Assembly: GCA_937967625.1 (NCBI GenBank)
Contig: CALCJP010000093.1
Location: 1-48,903, forward strand
Reading direction: 5' to 3'
Source of the DNA: an uncultured Saprospiraceae bacterium
Lineage (GTDB): Bacteria > Bacteroidota > Bacteroidia > Chitinophagales > Saprospiraceae
Length of the DNA: 48,903 nt
The notes beneath the pieces are model-generated. The model worked only from the letters and a program-made list of their open reading frames with translations, did not search any database and was not told where the DNA came from. Shown one piece after another: positions 34,862 to 44,249 of this stretch (position 1 is the stretch's first letter; the number at the start of each line of letters is the position of its first letter). Made by a program: the position numbers and the translations under genes.

Positions 34862-37622
34862 TATCAATAATAGCTTGCTGCTCTTTCTCATGCCGCTTTT
34901 TGAAACCTGTCGCAGGAGAAGCACTTGCTTTCCTTGCCGCCAATTTCATTGGCACTTTTGAGCAGTAATGGAAAATCATGTGTTGCCATGCACCCATGTT
35001 GGCGGGTTCTTCTTGTACCCAGATGACTTCGGCACCTTTATATTTTTTGAAGACAGCTTCCAATTGTTTTTCCGGCAACGGATACAATTGCTCAATGCGA
35101 ACGATAGCGACATCGTCTCTTTTATCTGCTTCTTTTTGAGCCAACAAGTCGAAGTAGATTTTACCGGAGCAAAGCAACAAGCGCTTGACTTTTTTAGCAG
35201 CTTTTGCGTCCATGCTTGGGTCATCCAATACTTCTTGGAATTTATTTCCCGTCTCGAAGTCTTTGAAATCAGAAATACACTGAGGATGGCGCAACAATGA
35301 TTTGGGCGACATCACAATCAATGGTTTTCTAAATGGTCGCTCCAATTGTCTTCGCAACACGTGGAAGAAGTTGGCAGGAGAAGTGATATTGGCAACTGTT
35401 ACGTTCTTTTCAGCGCAACCTTGCAGGAAGCGTTCGAGGCGGGCACTTGAGTGCTCCGGTCCTTGCCCCTCGTAGCCGTGGGGGAGCAACATGATTAAGC
35501 CGCTCATGCGTTGCCATTTCGATTCGGCAGCCATGATGTATTGATCGACCATTACTTGAGCGCCGTTGTAGAAGTCACCAAACTGTGCTTCCCAAATCAC
35601 CAAGGCATCGGGCGTTGCCAAAGAGTAACCATATTCAAATCCAAGCACAGCAAACTCAGAGAGTAGCGAGTTGAAAATTCGATATTGTCCTTGATCGGTA
35701 CTCATGCCATGCAAGCGATTCAACTCCTCATATCCTTTTACATCTCTGAAAATCGCGTGGCGGTGACTGAAGGTTCCGCGTTTGACATCTTGACCGCTCA
35801 TGCGCACATCTTTGCCTTCGAGCATGATGGAGCCATAGGCTAATAATTCGGCGAAAGCCCAATCCAATTGCTTTTTGTCAAGCAATTTTTGTGCATTCTT
35901 TAGCAAGCGATTCACTTTGCCGAGAGGCGTAAAGTCCTTTGGCAAAGTCATCAGGTGATTCAAAACCTTTTGAATCGTTTTCTTATCGATTCCCGTAGCA
36001 GGGGAGGTTTCGTAATCCTTATGTGTGGTTTGTTTTTTTAATTTTTTCCACGCCAATTCTGGTTCTTGGTGGTCATAAGGAAGTGGTTTTTGGCGCACAT
36101 TATCTAAGCGATCTTGAAGAAATGCCCAAAACTCTTTATCTAATTTTTCCGCCATGCTCTTATCTACATCGCCTCTTTTCGTCAAAGTATCCACATAAAT
36201 CTCACGTGGATTTTTATGGTTCTTGATGAAAGAGTACATCTCTGGTTGCGTGAATTTTGGGTCATCTCCTTCATTGTGACCATGCTTGCGATAGCAAACC
36301 ATGTCGATGAAAACATCGTTGTTGAAAACCTGACGATATTCCAATGCCAATTCGGCTGCGAAAATCACCGCTTCAGGATCATCTCCATTTACATGAAATA
36401 CCGGTGCTTGCACCAAACTCGCTGCGGCAGTACAGTAAGTTGACGAACGCGCATCTTCAAAATCAGTGGTAAAACCAACCTGATTATTGATGACATAATG
36501 GATTGTTCCGCCAGTGTAGTAGCCATCCAATTGGCTAAACTGAACAGTCTCATAAGTCACGCCCTGACCCGCAACAGCCGCATCTCCATGAATCAAAATC
36601 GGAAGGATTTTGTCATAGTCACTCTTATAAAGAATGTCTGCTTTCGCTCTCGCAAAACCTTCTACCACCGGGTTGACTGACTCCAAGTGAGATGGGTTAG
36701 GAACGAGTTTGAGGTTCATCGTCTTACCACTGATTGTTGGCAATTGACCTGAAAATCCTAAGTGATATTTTACATCGCCGTCGCCATAGATTTCATCTGG
36801 CACAGCGGTTCCTTCAAATTCGTTGAAAATTTGGTCATAGGTTTTGCCCATGATATTTGCCAACACATTCAAGCGCCCACGGTGCGCCATACCGATGATG
36901 GTTTCCTTGACGCCTAATTCAGCACCTGCATTGATGATGGCGTCCAAAGCGGCAATCGTTGACTCTCCTCCTTCGAGTGAGAATCGTTTTTGACCGATAT
37001 ATTTTGTGTGGAGGAATTTTTCGAAATTAACGGCGCCATTTAGCTTTTCTAAAATACGCTTCTTTTTTTCTTTGCTTAAGCCAAAATCGCTTGAGAGGTT
37101 TCTGTTTTCGATTCTTTCACGAAGCCATCTTCTTTTTGCGCGACTTTCTATCTGATGATATTCGAAGCCGATGTTGCCGCAATAAATTGTTTTGAGTTTA
37201 TCGACGATTTGGCGCAATGTGGCATTTTCTAAACCGATTTCGCCCCCTGCTTGAAAGACTCGATCCAAGTCATTTTCCGAAAGGTCATAATCAGCCAAGT
37301 CCAAATGAGGGCGACGGTCGCGTCGTTCTCTGATGGGATTGGTGGTCGAAGCCAAATGTCCACGATTACGGAACCCTTTGATGACGCTGAATACTTTCAA
37401 CTCATCTTTGAAAAGGTCAGCAGAAACTTTGGCTGCTGCGCCATTGGTAGCAGCTCCGTTGGTCGCGCCATTCGCGTGCTCGTCTGCGTGATTGTGATAT
37501 TCGAAACCTTTGAAGAAGGTGCGCCAATTTTCCTCGACAGAGGTAGGGTCTGCTGTATATTTTTCATACATGCCTTCGATGAAGGTCGGGTGCGCATTTG
37601 CTATGAATGAATAATCTGCCAT
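34845..37622 (-). CDS. sucA: 2-oxoglutarate dehydrogenase E1 component
   Basis: 925 aa. N-terminal ANAHPTFIEGMYEKY, the ThDP-binding region GDAAVAGQGV, and the C-terminal transketolase-like region. Confidence 0.95.
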   Translation of the reverse strand: MADYSFIANAHPTFIEGMYEKYTADPTSVEENWRTFFKGFEYHNHADEHANGATNGAATNGAAAKVSADLFKDELKVFSVIKGFRNRGHLASTTNPIRERRDRRPHLDLADYDLSENDLDRVFQAGGEIGLENATLRQIVDKLKTIYCGNIGFEYHQIESRAKRRWLRERIENRNLSSDFGLSKEKKKRILEKLNGAVNFEKFLHTKYIGQKRFSLEGGESTIAALDAIINAGAELGVKETIIGMAHRGRLNVLANIMGKTYDQIFNEFEGTAVPDEIYGDGDVKYHLGFSGQLPTISGKTMNLKLVPNPSHLESVNPVVEGFARAKADILYKSDYDKILPILIHGDAAVAGQGVTYETVQFSQLDGYYTGGTIHYVINNQVGFTTDFEDARSSTYCTAAASLVQAPVFHVNGDDPEAVIFAAELALEYRQVFNNDVFIDMVCYRKHGHNEGDDPKFTQPEMYSFIKNHKNPREIYVDTLTKRGDVDKSMAEKLDKEFWAFLQDRLDNVRQKPLPYDHQEPELAWKKLKKQTTHKDYETSPATGIDKKTIQKVLNHLMTLPKDFTPLGKVNRLLKNAQKLLDKKQLDWAFAELLAYGSIMLEGKDVRMSGQDVKRGTFSHRHAIFRDVKGYEELNRLHGMSTDQGQYRIFNSLLSEFAVLGFEYGYSLATPDALVIWEAQFGDFYNGAQVMVDQYIMAAESKWQRMSGLIMLLPHGYEGQGPEHSSARLERFLQGCAEKNVTVANITSPANFFHVLRRQLERPFRKPLIVMSPKSLLRHPQCISDFKDFETGNKFQEVLDDPSMDAKAAKKVKRLLLCSGKIYFDLLAQKEADKRDDVAIVRIEQLYPLPEKQLEAVFKKYKGAEVIWVQEEPANMGAWQHMIFHYCSKVPMKLAARKASASPATGFKKRHEKEQQAIIDTAFAK

Positions 37623-37683
37623 TTTTAATAATTTTTCAGATTAGAGGCGTTTTCAAAAAATCGGTTGTAAAGGTACTTTTAAT

Positions 37684-38829
37684 TTATTTTTTTGTAGCCA
37701 CTTTCCCTTTTTTTAGCTTACGCTGAAAATCAAGAAAACGATTCAATATATGGAAATCAATTACTCCAAGAATTTCTCCATTATCAAGCACCGGAAGAAT
37801 TGAGTGAGAATGTTCATGCAGTTTTTCATAAACACTTTTTAAACTCTCATTTGGCGAAAGCCCTGGAAGTGGATTTTGATTCGTATAATCCAAAATAGAA
37901 GCATCTAAATCACTGTCCTCTACTGCTTTGATAATTGACTTTTCATTGAGTGTTCCGATGAGATCTTGACTCCCGAAGCCAGTTCGGGACAAGTTTTCGT
38001 CAAATACCAGAAAATTATATTCCTCCACTCTTTTCAGGTAGCCAAATGGAATCTGCATTTGATCTTTACTTTGCAATCGCGAAAATTTCGAATGAAAAAC
38101 CTCCCCTGCTGTAAACTGCTCTAAATTGCTTTCAAAACGAATATTTGCCAACTCCTGTCGTGCCGCCACGAAGATGAAAACCCCTATCAATCCCAATCCA
38201 AGTCCATTATTATTAAAAGCATAAACGATAAAAAGCACCGCAAATAACTGCCCAACGCGCACTGCGATATTGGTAGCCATCAACCGCGAAGTTTTCATCG
38301 AGAGCAAGGAGCGAAGCACTCGCCCGCCATCCATCGGAAATGCAGGAATCAAATTAAAAACCGCCAACGCCACATTGATAAATAGCAACGCCGGAATCAA
38401 ATCAGACCAAGTCTCAAAATTGAGAATCGGCTGCGAACCAACTAAATGTTCTGATAGTGGATTGAATAAAAAATAGGGCATGAGCAGCGCCGCAATCACG
38501 ACATTGACTGCGGGCCCTGCAATCGCAATCAGGAACTCATGCAACGGTTTTTCGGGCAATCGATTCAATCGCGCCACCCCTCCGATGGGGAGCAGAATGA
38601 TGTCTTTGGTGGTGACGCCATAATGTTTCGCGGTAAGCGCATGACCAAATTCATGCATGACTACGCAAGCAAAAACGCCCAAAACCAAAACCGTGATGAA
38701 AATGATTTCTTTAGTATTCAGTCCCATCCCTTGCAGTGCCAACGGGATGATGAGCAGTAACAGCCCAAAGCTCCAATGCAACTTGACTGGAATGTCGAAT
38801 ATTTTCGCGATTAAAAGTGATTGAGACAA
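37684..38829 (-). CDS. Site-2 protease family (M50) membrane metalloprotease with C-terminal CBS pair
   Basis: HEFGHAL (HExxH) in a TM helix, the second motif NLIPAFPMDGGRVL, and CBS-like C-terminal domains. The start is a TTG and is provisional. Confidence 0.85.
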   Translation of the reverse strand: MSQSLLIAKIFDIPVKLHWSFGLLLLIIPLALQGMGLNTKEIIFITVLVLGVFACVVMHEFGHALTAKHYGVTTKDIILLPIGGVARLNRLPEKPLHEFLIAIAGPAVNVVIAALLMPYFLFNPLSEHLVGSQPILNFETWSDLIPALLFINVALAVFNLIPAFPMDGGRVLRSLLSMKTSRLMATNIAVRVGQLFAVLFIVYAFNNNGLGLGLIGVFIFVAARQELANIRFESNLEQFTAGEVFHSKFSRLQSKDQMQIPFGYLKRVEEYNFLVFDENLSRTGFGSQDLIGTLNEKSIIKAVEDSDLDASILDYTNQNPLPGLSPNESLKSVYEKLHEHSHSILPVLDNGEILGVIDFHILNRFLDFQRKLKKGKVATKK

Positions 38830-38851
38830 GTTGCTAAGTTTAAAAATTAAA

Positions 38852-38877
38852 GCATCGTCTCTCGAAGAGGACGATGC
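38852..38877 (-). terminator. Terminator-like hairpin after acyl-CoA dehydrogenase (T-rich on both strands)
   Basis: gcatcgtc(t)ctc-gaa-gag-gacgatgc. It is followed by T7 on the plus strand and by tttaattttt on the minus strand. Confidence 0.55.
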
Positions 38878-38916
38878 GTTTTTTTGTGTCGCATCGTCCC
38901 TTTCAGGAGACGATGC
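38852..38916. repeat. Twin hairpins sharing the same 8-bp arms gcatcgtc/gacgatgc (38852-38877 and 38891-38916)
   Basis: Direct repetition of a hairpin 39 nt apart; a different family from the GNRA units. Confidence 0.8.
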
Positions 38917-38926
38917 TCAACTAATT

Positions 38927-40111
38927 TTATGCGTGTTCTGCGACCCCTTTCGAAATCGGAATATATAGATTCCCTTTCAAAAGATTTCGAGAGATAACGA
39001 TGCGTTGCACCTCTGAAGTGCCCTCATAAATTTGAGTAATCTTAGCGTCACGCATCAATCGCTCCACATGATATTCTTTTACAAATCCATAACCGCCATG
39101 CACTTGAACGGCTTCGACTGAGTGTTTCATCGCAACTTCTGAAGCATACACTTTCGCCATTGCACTTGCAGCGGCGTAGTCCATGTGTTGGTCTTTCAAC
39201 CATGCCGCGCGATAGACTAACATTTTGGCAGCTTCGATGTCGGTTGCCATATCGGCTAACTTGAACGCAATTGCCTGATGCTTGCTGATCGGTTTTCCAA
39301 ATGCCTCTCTTTCTAAAGAGTAAGCAGTTGCCAATTCGTAAGAACCTCCTGCAATTCCGAGCGCTTGGGCAGCAATTCCGATTCGTCCTCCAGAAAGTAC
39401 TTTCATAGCGAACTTGAATCCGAAACCATCCTCTCCAATTCGATTTGCTTTTGGCACTTTGACATCGGAGTACATAATGGTATGCGTATCAGAGGAGCGA
39501 ATTCCTAATTTATCTTCTTTTGCGCCAATCGCTACGCCATCCCAATCTGTCTCCACGATGAAGGCATTGATACCTTTGTGTCCTTTTTCAGGGTCAGTTT
39601 GAGCAATGACCAAATGTATTTTTGAGGTGCCGCCGTTGGTGATCCAGTTTTTGGTTCCGTTCAAAAGATAGTGGTCGCCCATGTCAACAGCAGTGGTTCT
39701 TTGACTCGTTGCATCACTCCCTGCTTCCGGTTCGGAGAGGCAGAAGGCGCCTATCCATTCACCCGTAGCGAGTTTGGTAAGGTATTTTTGCTTTTGATCT
39801 TCAGTTCCGAATTCTTCTAATCCCCAACAAACGAGCGAGTTGTTGACAGACATGATTACGGAGCAAGAATTATCAATTTTGGAAATCTCTTCCATCGCCA
39901 AAACGTAGCTAATCGTATCCATTCCGCTACCACCGTATTCAGGTGAGACCATCATTCCCATAAAACCTAATTCGCCCATTTGGCGAACTTGATCTGTTGG
40001 ATAAATCATATCGCGATCTCTTTCGATGACGCCTGGTTTCAATTCATTTTGCGCAAATTCGCGAGCTGCTTCTTTTACAGCAAGTTGTTCTTCGGTTAGG
40101 CTAAAAAACAT
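38927..40111 (-). CDS. Acyl-CoA dehydrogenase (short/branched-chain type)
   Basis: LTEEQ..REFA start, GAFCLSEPEAGSDA, and the C-terminal catalytic-base region QIYEGTSEVQRIVISR. Confidence 0.9.
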   Translation of the reverse strand: MFFSLTEEQLAVKEAAREFAQNELKPGVIERDRDMIYPTDQVRQMGELGFMGMMVSPEYGGSGMDTISYVLAMEEISKIDNSCSVIMSVNNSLVCWGLEEFGTEDQKQKYLTKLATGEWIGAFCLSEPEAGSDATSQRTTAVDMGDHYLLNGTKNWITNGGTSKIHLVIAQTDPEKGHKGINAFIVETDWDGVAIGAKEDKLGIRSSDTHTIMYSDVKVPKANRIGEDGFGFKFAMKVLSGGRIGIAAQALGIAGGSYELATAYSLEREAFGKPISKHQAIAFKLADMATDIEAAKMLVYRAAWLKDQHMDYAAASAMAKVYASEVAMKHSVEAVQVHGGYGFVKEYHVERLMRDAKITQIYEGTSEVQRIVISRNLLKGNLYIPISKGVAEHA

Positions 40112-40245
40112 ATTTATTTCTTTTATTAAGTTTAAGATAGTGAAGTTGTTTTATGTAACTTCAGAGGGGTAAAGCAAATGTTTATAGTTTCAGACTGCAA
40201 AAATAGTCTTTTCACAACAAGGAAGGAAACATGAAAATCAAATGA

Positions 40246-41307
40246 TTGTTTCGCCGTTTTTTAAAAGCATTTTTTCAAATTTGCGGTTCAAATCTAAAAT
40301 ACTTGAATTTCTTTCAAAACATACATTTTGTCAATTGGTGGGTTTTGGGTTTTCTACTCCTACTTCCGCTGATTTATTGGTGGTATTATCGCTCGCTTTC
40401 GCGAAATAGGCTGACATTGCGAATGCCCAATATCGGTAGCTTTCAGCAGACCGGTTCGTGGAGAAGTCGTTTGCGAAAACTCTTGCCATTGCTCAGAGTG
40501 TTGGCGTTGGGGGCGCTAATTTTTGCATTAGCGCGACCTCAGAAAACACTCAAAGAAGAAGACATCAAAGCAGAAGGCATTGATATTTTCTTAGTGATGG
40601 ATTTGTCGCGCAGTATGCTTTCCAGAGATTTTGACCCTGATCGATTGGAGGTGAGCAAGCAGGTAGCTGCCAATTTCGTTGACAAACGCCCCCACGATCG
40701 AATTGGGCTAACCATTTTCTCCGGCGAAGCATTCACCCAATGTCCCCTCACCACCGACCATCGAATTGTAAAAGAATTTTTATCAACCCTCCAATGTGGA
40801 TTTTTAGCAGATGGAACTGCCATCGGCATGGGGCTGAGTAGCGCCGTCAACCGAATTAAAGATTCCAAATCAGAGTCAAAAGTCGTCATCTTGCTTACTG
40901 ATGGCGTCAATAATTCAGGCTACATCCAACCGATGACGGCTGCCGAAATTGCAAAAAAATTTGCCGTTAAGGTCTATACGATTGGTGTGGGAAGCACGGG
41001 CATGGCGCGCTCGCCCGTAAGAAAAAGAAGAGATGGAACTTTCGAATTTGATTTCACCAGAGTTGAAATTGATGAAGCATTGCTCCGACAAATTGCCGAA
41101 CAAACCGGTGGAAATTATTTCCGCGCCACCAATGAAACCGAGTTAGGACGTATCTATGATTACATCGACAAGTTAGAAAAAACAGAAATAGATGTTACCG
41201 TCATCAAGCGACACAGTGAGATGTTTCATCCTTTTGCGCTTGCTGCTTTGATTTTGATTTTATTGGAAATTCTTTTGAAGCAAACTGTTTTGAGAAGTTT
41301 GCCGTAA
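40246..41307 (+). CDS. batA: VWA-domain membrane protein, BatA-like
   Basis: N-terminal TM WWVLGFLLLLPLIYWWYY, a VWA MIDAS motif DIFLVMDLSRSM..LLTDGVNN, and a C-terminal TM. The start is uncertain: no ATG is available, candidates are TTG 40246 or TTG 40303. Confidence 0.75.
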   Translation: MFRRFLKAFFQICGSNLKYLNFFQNIHFVNWWVLGFLLLLPLIYWWYYRSLSRNRLTLRMPNIGSFQQTGSWRSRLRKLLPLLRVLALGALIFALARPQKTLKEEDIKAEGIDIFLVMDLSRSMLSRDFDPDRLEVSKQVAANFVDKRPHDRIGLTIFSGEAFTQCPLTTDHRIVKEFLSTLQCGFLADGTAIGMGLSSAVNRIKDSKSESKVVILLTDGVNNSGYIQPMTAAEIAKKFAVKVYTIGVGSTGMARSPVRKRRDGTFEFDFTRVEIDEALLRQIAEQTGGNYFRATNETELGRIYDYIDKLEKTEIDVTVIKRHSEMFHPFALAALILILLEILLKQTVLRSLP

Positions 41308-41385
41308 GGCGAAAAATAATTGATTCTTACATTTAGCCTTTCGGCAAATGAAATACTTTCTCGCTCATTTGCCGTAAGGCTAAAA
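41296..41385. repeat. Three gcc/ggc-subfamily units: tttgcc-GTAA-ggcgaaa (41298-41313), inverted atttagcc-TTTC-ggcaaatg (41331-41350), catttgcc-GTAA-ggctaaaa (41366-41385)
   Basis: The inverted copy is 19/20 identical to the 20-mer at 484 and 44763. The first copy contains the batA-like stop codon. Confidence 0.85.
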
Positions 41386-41483
41386 AATCTTAAAATCAGA
41401 CCACTCCCGTTAAATCTTGGTTAAACAGGTCAACTAAGTTTACAGAAAATCTATTTTTGTGAGTACGCGTTAGATTAGCGATT

Positions 41484-42977
41484 ATGAATAAAACAGCGAT
41501 TTGGTTAATTATTGGATTGATGGGATTGGCATTGATAGGTAGTATGTACCTACAAGCCAAGTGGATCAGTGATTCGATTAAGACCAATGAAGAGCAGTTT
41601 GATAAAAGTGTTTTCGCTGCGCTCAACGCCGTTTCCAATCACCTCGAAAATGTAGAAAAAAAAGAAGCCTTTCATTACATGAATGGGTATTCGACTATTT
41701 ATTTTGAGAAAGAAGTTGTGAGGCGTGAGGGAAATAGCTCCATAAAAGTTGACTTTTCTTACGAAGAGGTTTCTGGTAATGAAAACTTAGATGTTCTCGA
41801 AAATAATTGCCAATGTGCCAAATGCGTCAGTGAGCGAACTGCCAAGTTTGCCAGAATGATGCGTTTCAATGAGCAAATTCATGGAATTCCGATAGCAGAG
41901 CGGGTTTCTGATTTAGATATGCTTAGCACTTTTATGCACAAGGAGTTAGCCAACCATGCGATTCATATTGATTACAACTACGGCGTTTATTCCAATAAGG
42001 AAAAAAGTTTGGTGATTACAGACGACCACTTTGTGGTAGAAGATAGCAGTCCGCGAGTCGTTCAGGCAGGGCATAAAAACTTGATTACTTCCAATTATAA
42101 AGTCGATCTTTTTAGAGAAGACATCCCTTCTCCGGGGTTGTTGATGATTTATTTTCCGAACAAAAGCGAGTATGTCTGGGGTTCGGTTTGGCGTAACTTG
42201 CTTGCGGCACTACTTTTCACAGCTATCATCATGTTTTGTTTTGGATATACGATCAATGTAATTTTCCATCAGAAGAAACTGTCGGAGATGAAAGGAGATT
42301 TCATCAATAACATGACGCATGAGTTCAAGACACCGATAGCTACCATTTCACTGGCAGCCGATTCGATCACGAATCCATCTATTTTAGGTAGTCCTAATAA
42401 AGTGAAGCGCTTCGCAGACATCATCCGTCAAGAAAACAGACGGATGAATAGTCAGGTGGAAAAAGTGCTCCAAATGGCACGAATCGACAAACGTGATTTT
42501 GATCTAAAACTCACGCCACTCAACATGCATCAGGTCATCGAAGGGGCAGTTGCTAATTTTGCCTTACAGGTAGAAAAACGAGATGGAAAACTCGAAATGG
42601 ACTTGCAAGCATCGACTCCAACCATCGAAGGCGACCTCACTCACGTCACCAACATCATCCATAACCTAATGGACAATGCCAATAAATATTCTCCCGAAAA
42701 ACCCGAAATCACCCTCCGAACGCGCAACGTTCGCAATGGCGTAGAAGTAACCGTCGAAGATAAAGGAATGGGTATGAATCGCGAAGCCCTCAAAAATATC
42801 TTTGATAAATTCTACCGCGTCCACACCGGCGACTTGCATGATGTGAAAGGATTTGGACTGGGGCTGAGCTATGTGAAAGCTATCATGACTGCTCACAAAG
42901 GGCAGATTGATGTGAAGAGTAATTTAGGAAAGGGGAGTAAGTTTATCTTATTTTTCCCTTTTAAAGTGAGTGAATGA
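41484..42977 (+). CDS. Sensor histidine kinase (two TM helices, ~210-aa extracytoplasmic domain, HisKA + HATPase_c)
   Basis: H-box NNMTHEFKTPIATI, N-box HNLMDNANKYS, G-boxes EDKGMGM and GFGLGLSYV. Confidence 0.9.
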   Translation: MNKTAIWLIIGLMGLALIGSMYLQAKWISDSIKTNEEQFDKSVFAALNAVSNHLENVEKKEAFHYMNGYSTIYFEKEVVRREGNSSIKVDFSYEEVSGNENLDVLENNCQCAKCVSERTAKFARMMRFNEQIHGIPIAERVSDLDMLSTFMHKELANHAIHIDYNYGVYSNKEKSLVITDDHFVVEDSSPRVVQAGHKNLITSNYKVDLFREDIPSPGLLMIYFPNKSEYVWGSVWRNLLAALLFTAIIMFCFGYTINVIFHQKKLSEMKGDFINNMTHEFKTPIATISLAADSITNPSILGSPNKVKRFADIIRQENRRMNSQVEKVLQMARIDKRDFDLKLTPLNMHQVIEGAVANFALQVEKRDGKLEMDLQASTPTIEGDLTHVTNIIHNLMDNANKYSPEKPEITLRTRNVRNGVEVTVEDKGMGMNREALKNIFDKFYRVHTGDLHDVKGFGLGLSYVKAIMTAHKGQIDVKSNLGKGSKFILFFPFKVSE

Positions 42978-43042
42978 TTTCACTTTCGTGAAATACCGTC
43001 ATTTTGCGAAAACTTGTCCCGAAGTTACTTCGGGGGCGAAAT
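42977..43042. repeat. Composite repeat (copy A): atttcac-TTTC-gtgaaat + ccgtcattttgcgaaaacttgtcc + cccgaag-tta-cttcggg + gcgaaat
   Basis: Two 7-bp stems. It starts at the last base of the kinase stop codon. Confidence 0.85.
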
Positions 43043-43089
43043 AAAAACCGTCCACCTTCAAGCGAAGCGACCATCCACCGTCAACCGTT

Positions 43090-44088
43090 CTATTCCTCCT
43101 CCTCTTTCGCCTTTTTAGCTTCGTATGCAGCACGCCGTTTAGCGTCTGATTTCTCATAAGCTCTAATGATGGCTTTCACTAATCGGTGACGCACCACGTC
43201 ATCGGCAGTTAGATTTACGGTATCAATTCCCTCTACATGATCCAATAAATTCAACGCAATTCGCAAACCTGATTTTACCTGATAAGGCAAGTCAATCTGC
43301 GACAAATCTCCCGTGATAATACACTTGGCTGAAGGTCCCAAACGCGTCAAAAACATCTTGATTTGTGCATGGCTACAGTTTTGCGCTTCATCTAAAATGA
43401 TGAAGGCATCGTTGAGCGTTCGCCCACGCATAAATGCCAACGGAGCAATTTCAATGGTTCGCTCTGCCATGAATTTGTTGAGTTTTTCGGCAGGAAGCAT
43501 ATCATCGAGTGCGTCATATAATGGACGCAAATAAGGATCAACTTTATCTTTCAAATCACCCGGCAAAAAACCCAAACTCTCCCCTGCTTCCACTGCCGGA
43601 CGTGTTAAAATAATTTTTTTAACCAACCGATTTTTCAAGGCACGAACAGCGAGTGCCACTGCGGTGTAAGTCTTACCTGTACCCGCAGGTCCGATGGCAA
43701 AAACAATATCATTCTTTTCGCTTGAGTCAAAAAGGCGCTTTTGATTGACTGTTTTTGCTTTAATCTCTCTGCCTCCGCGACCATGCACGATGGTTGGATT
43801 TCCGCTTCCATTGCTCAGTTTCGTATTAAAAGGATTATCACCTTTTATCAAATCCTGAACCGTTTGGAAAGACAATTCCTTGTGCTCTTTGAGCAACCTG
43901 ACCATCAATTCAAACTTGGATTTTACCTTTTGCGTGTCCTTTTTGTCGCCAGAGAGTTTGACACTATTGCCGCGAGAAGTAATCGTCACGTTAGGAAATG
44001 CTCTGGTCAACAGATTTAGATTTTCGTTGTTTCGACCATACAATTCAACTAAATCGAGATCGTCAACGGTTAGATTTATTTCACTCAA
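43090..44088 (-). CDS. phoH: PhoH family ATPase (PhoH-like/YbeZ type)
   Basis: Walker A GPAGTGKTY, the conserved FLPGDLKDKVDPYLRPLYDAL, and ILDEAQN. Confidence 0.9.
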   Translation of the reverse strand: MSEINLTVDDLDLVELYGRNNENLNLLTRAFPNVTITSRGNSVKLSGDKKDTQKVKSKFELMVRLLKEHKELSFQTVQDLIKGDNPFNTKLSNGSGNPTIVHGRGGREIKAKTVNQKRLFDSSEKNDIVFAIGPAGTGKTYTAVALAVRALKNRLVKKIILTRPAVEAGESLGFLPGDLKDKVDPYLRPLYDALDDMLPAEKLNKFMAERTIEIAPLAFMRGRTLNDAFIILDEAQNCSHAQIKMFLTRLGPSAKCIITGDLSQIDLPYQVKSGLRIALNLLDHVEGIDTVNLTADDVVRHRLVKAIIRAYEKSDAKRRAAYEAKKAKEEEE

Positions 44089-44249
44089 TATTTGTAATTT
44101 TTTAATTCGGACGAATAGAACAGGTATAAGTCAATATTTGTTCCATTGTCTTTTCGAACTTGTGCAGATCAGTTCCCAAAGATATTTTTATAAAAATAGA
44201 ATCGAAACATTTCGAGTTCAAAAAGAGGGAAAAAGTTACCTTCGCCACC

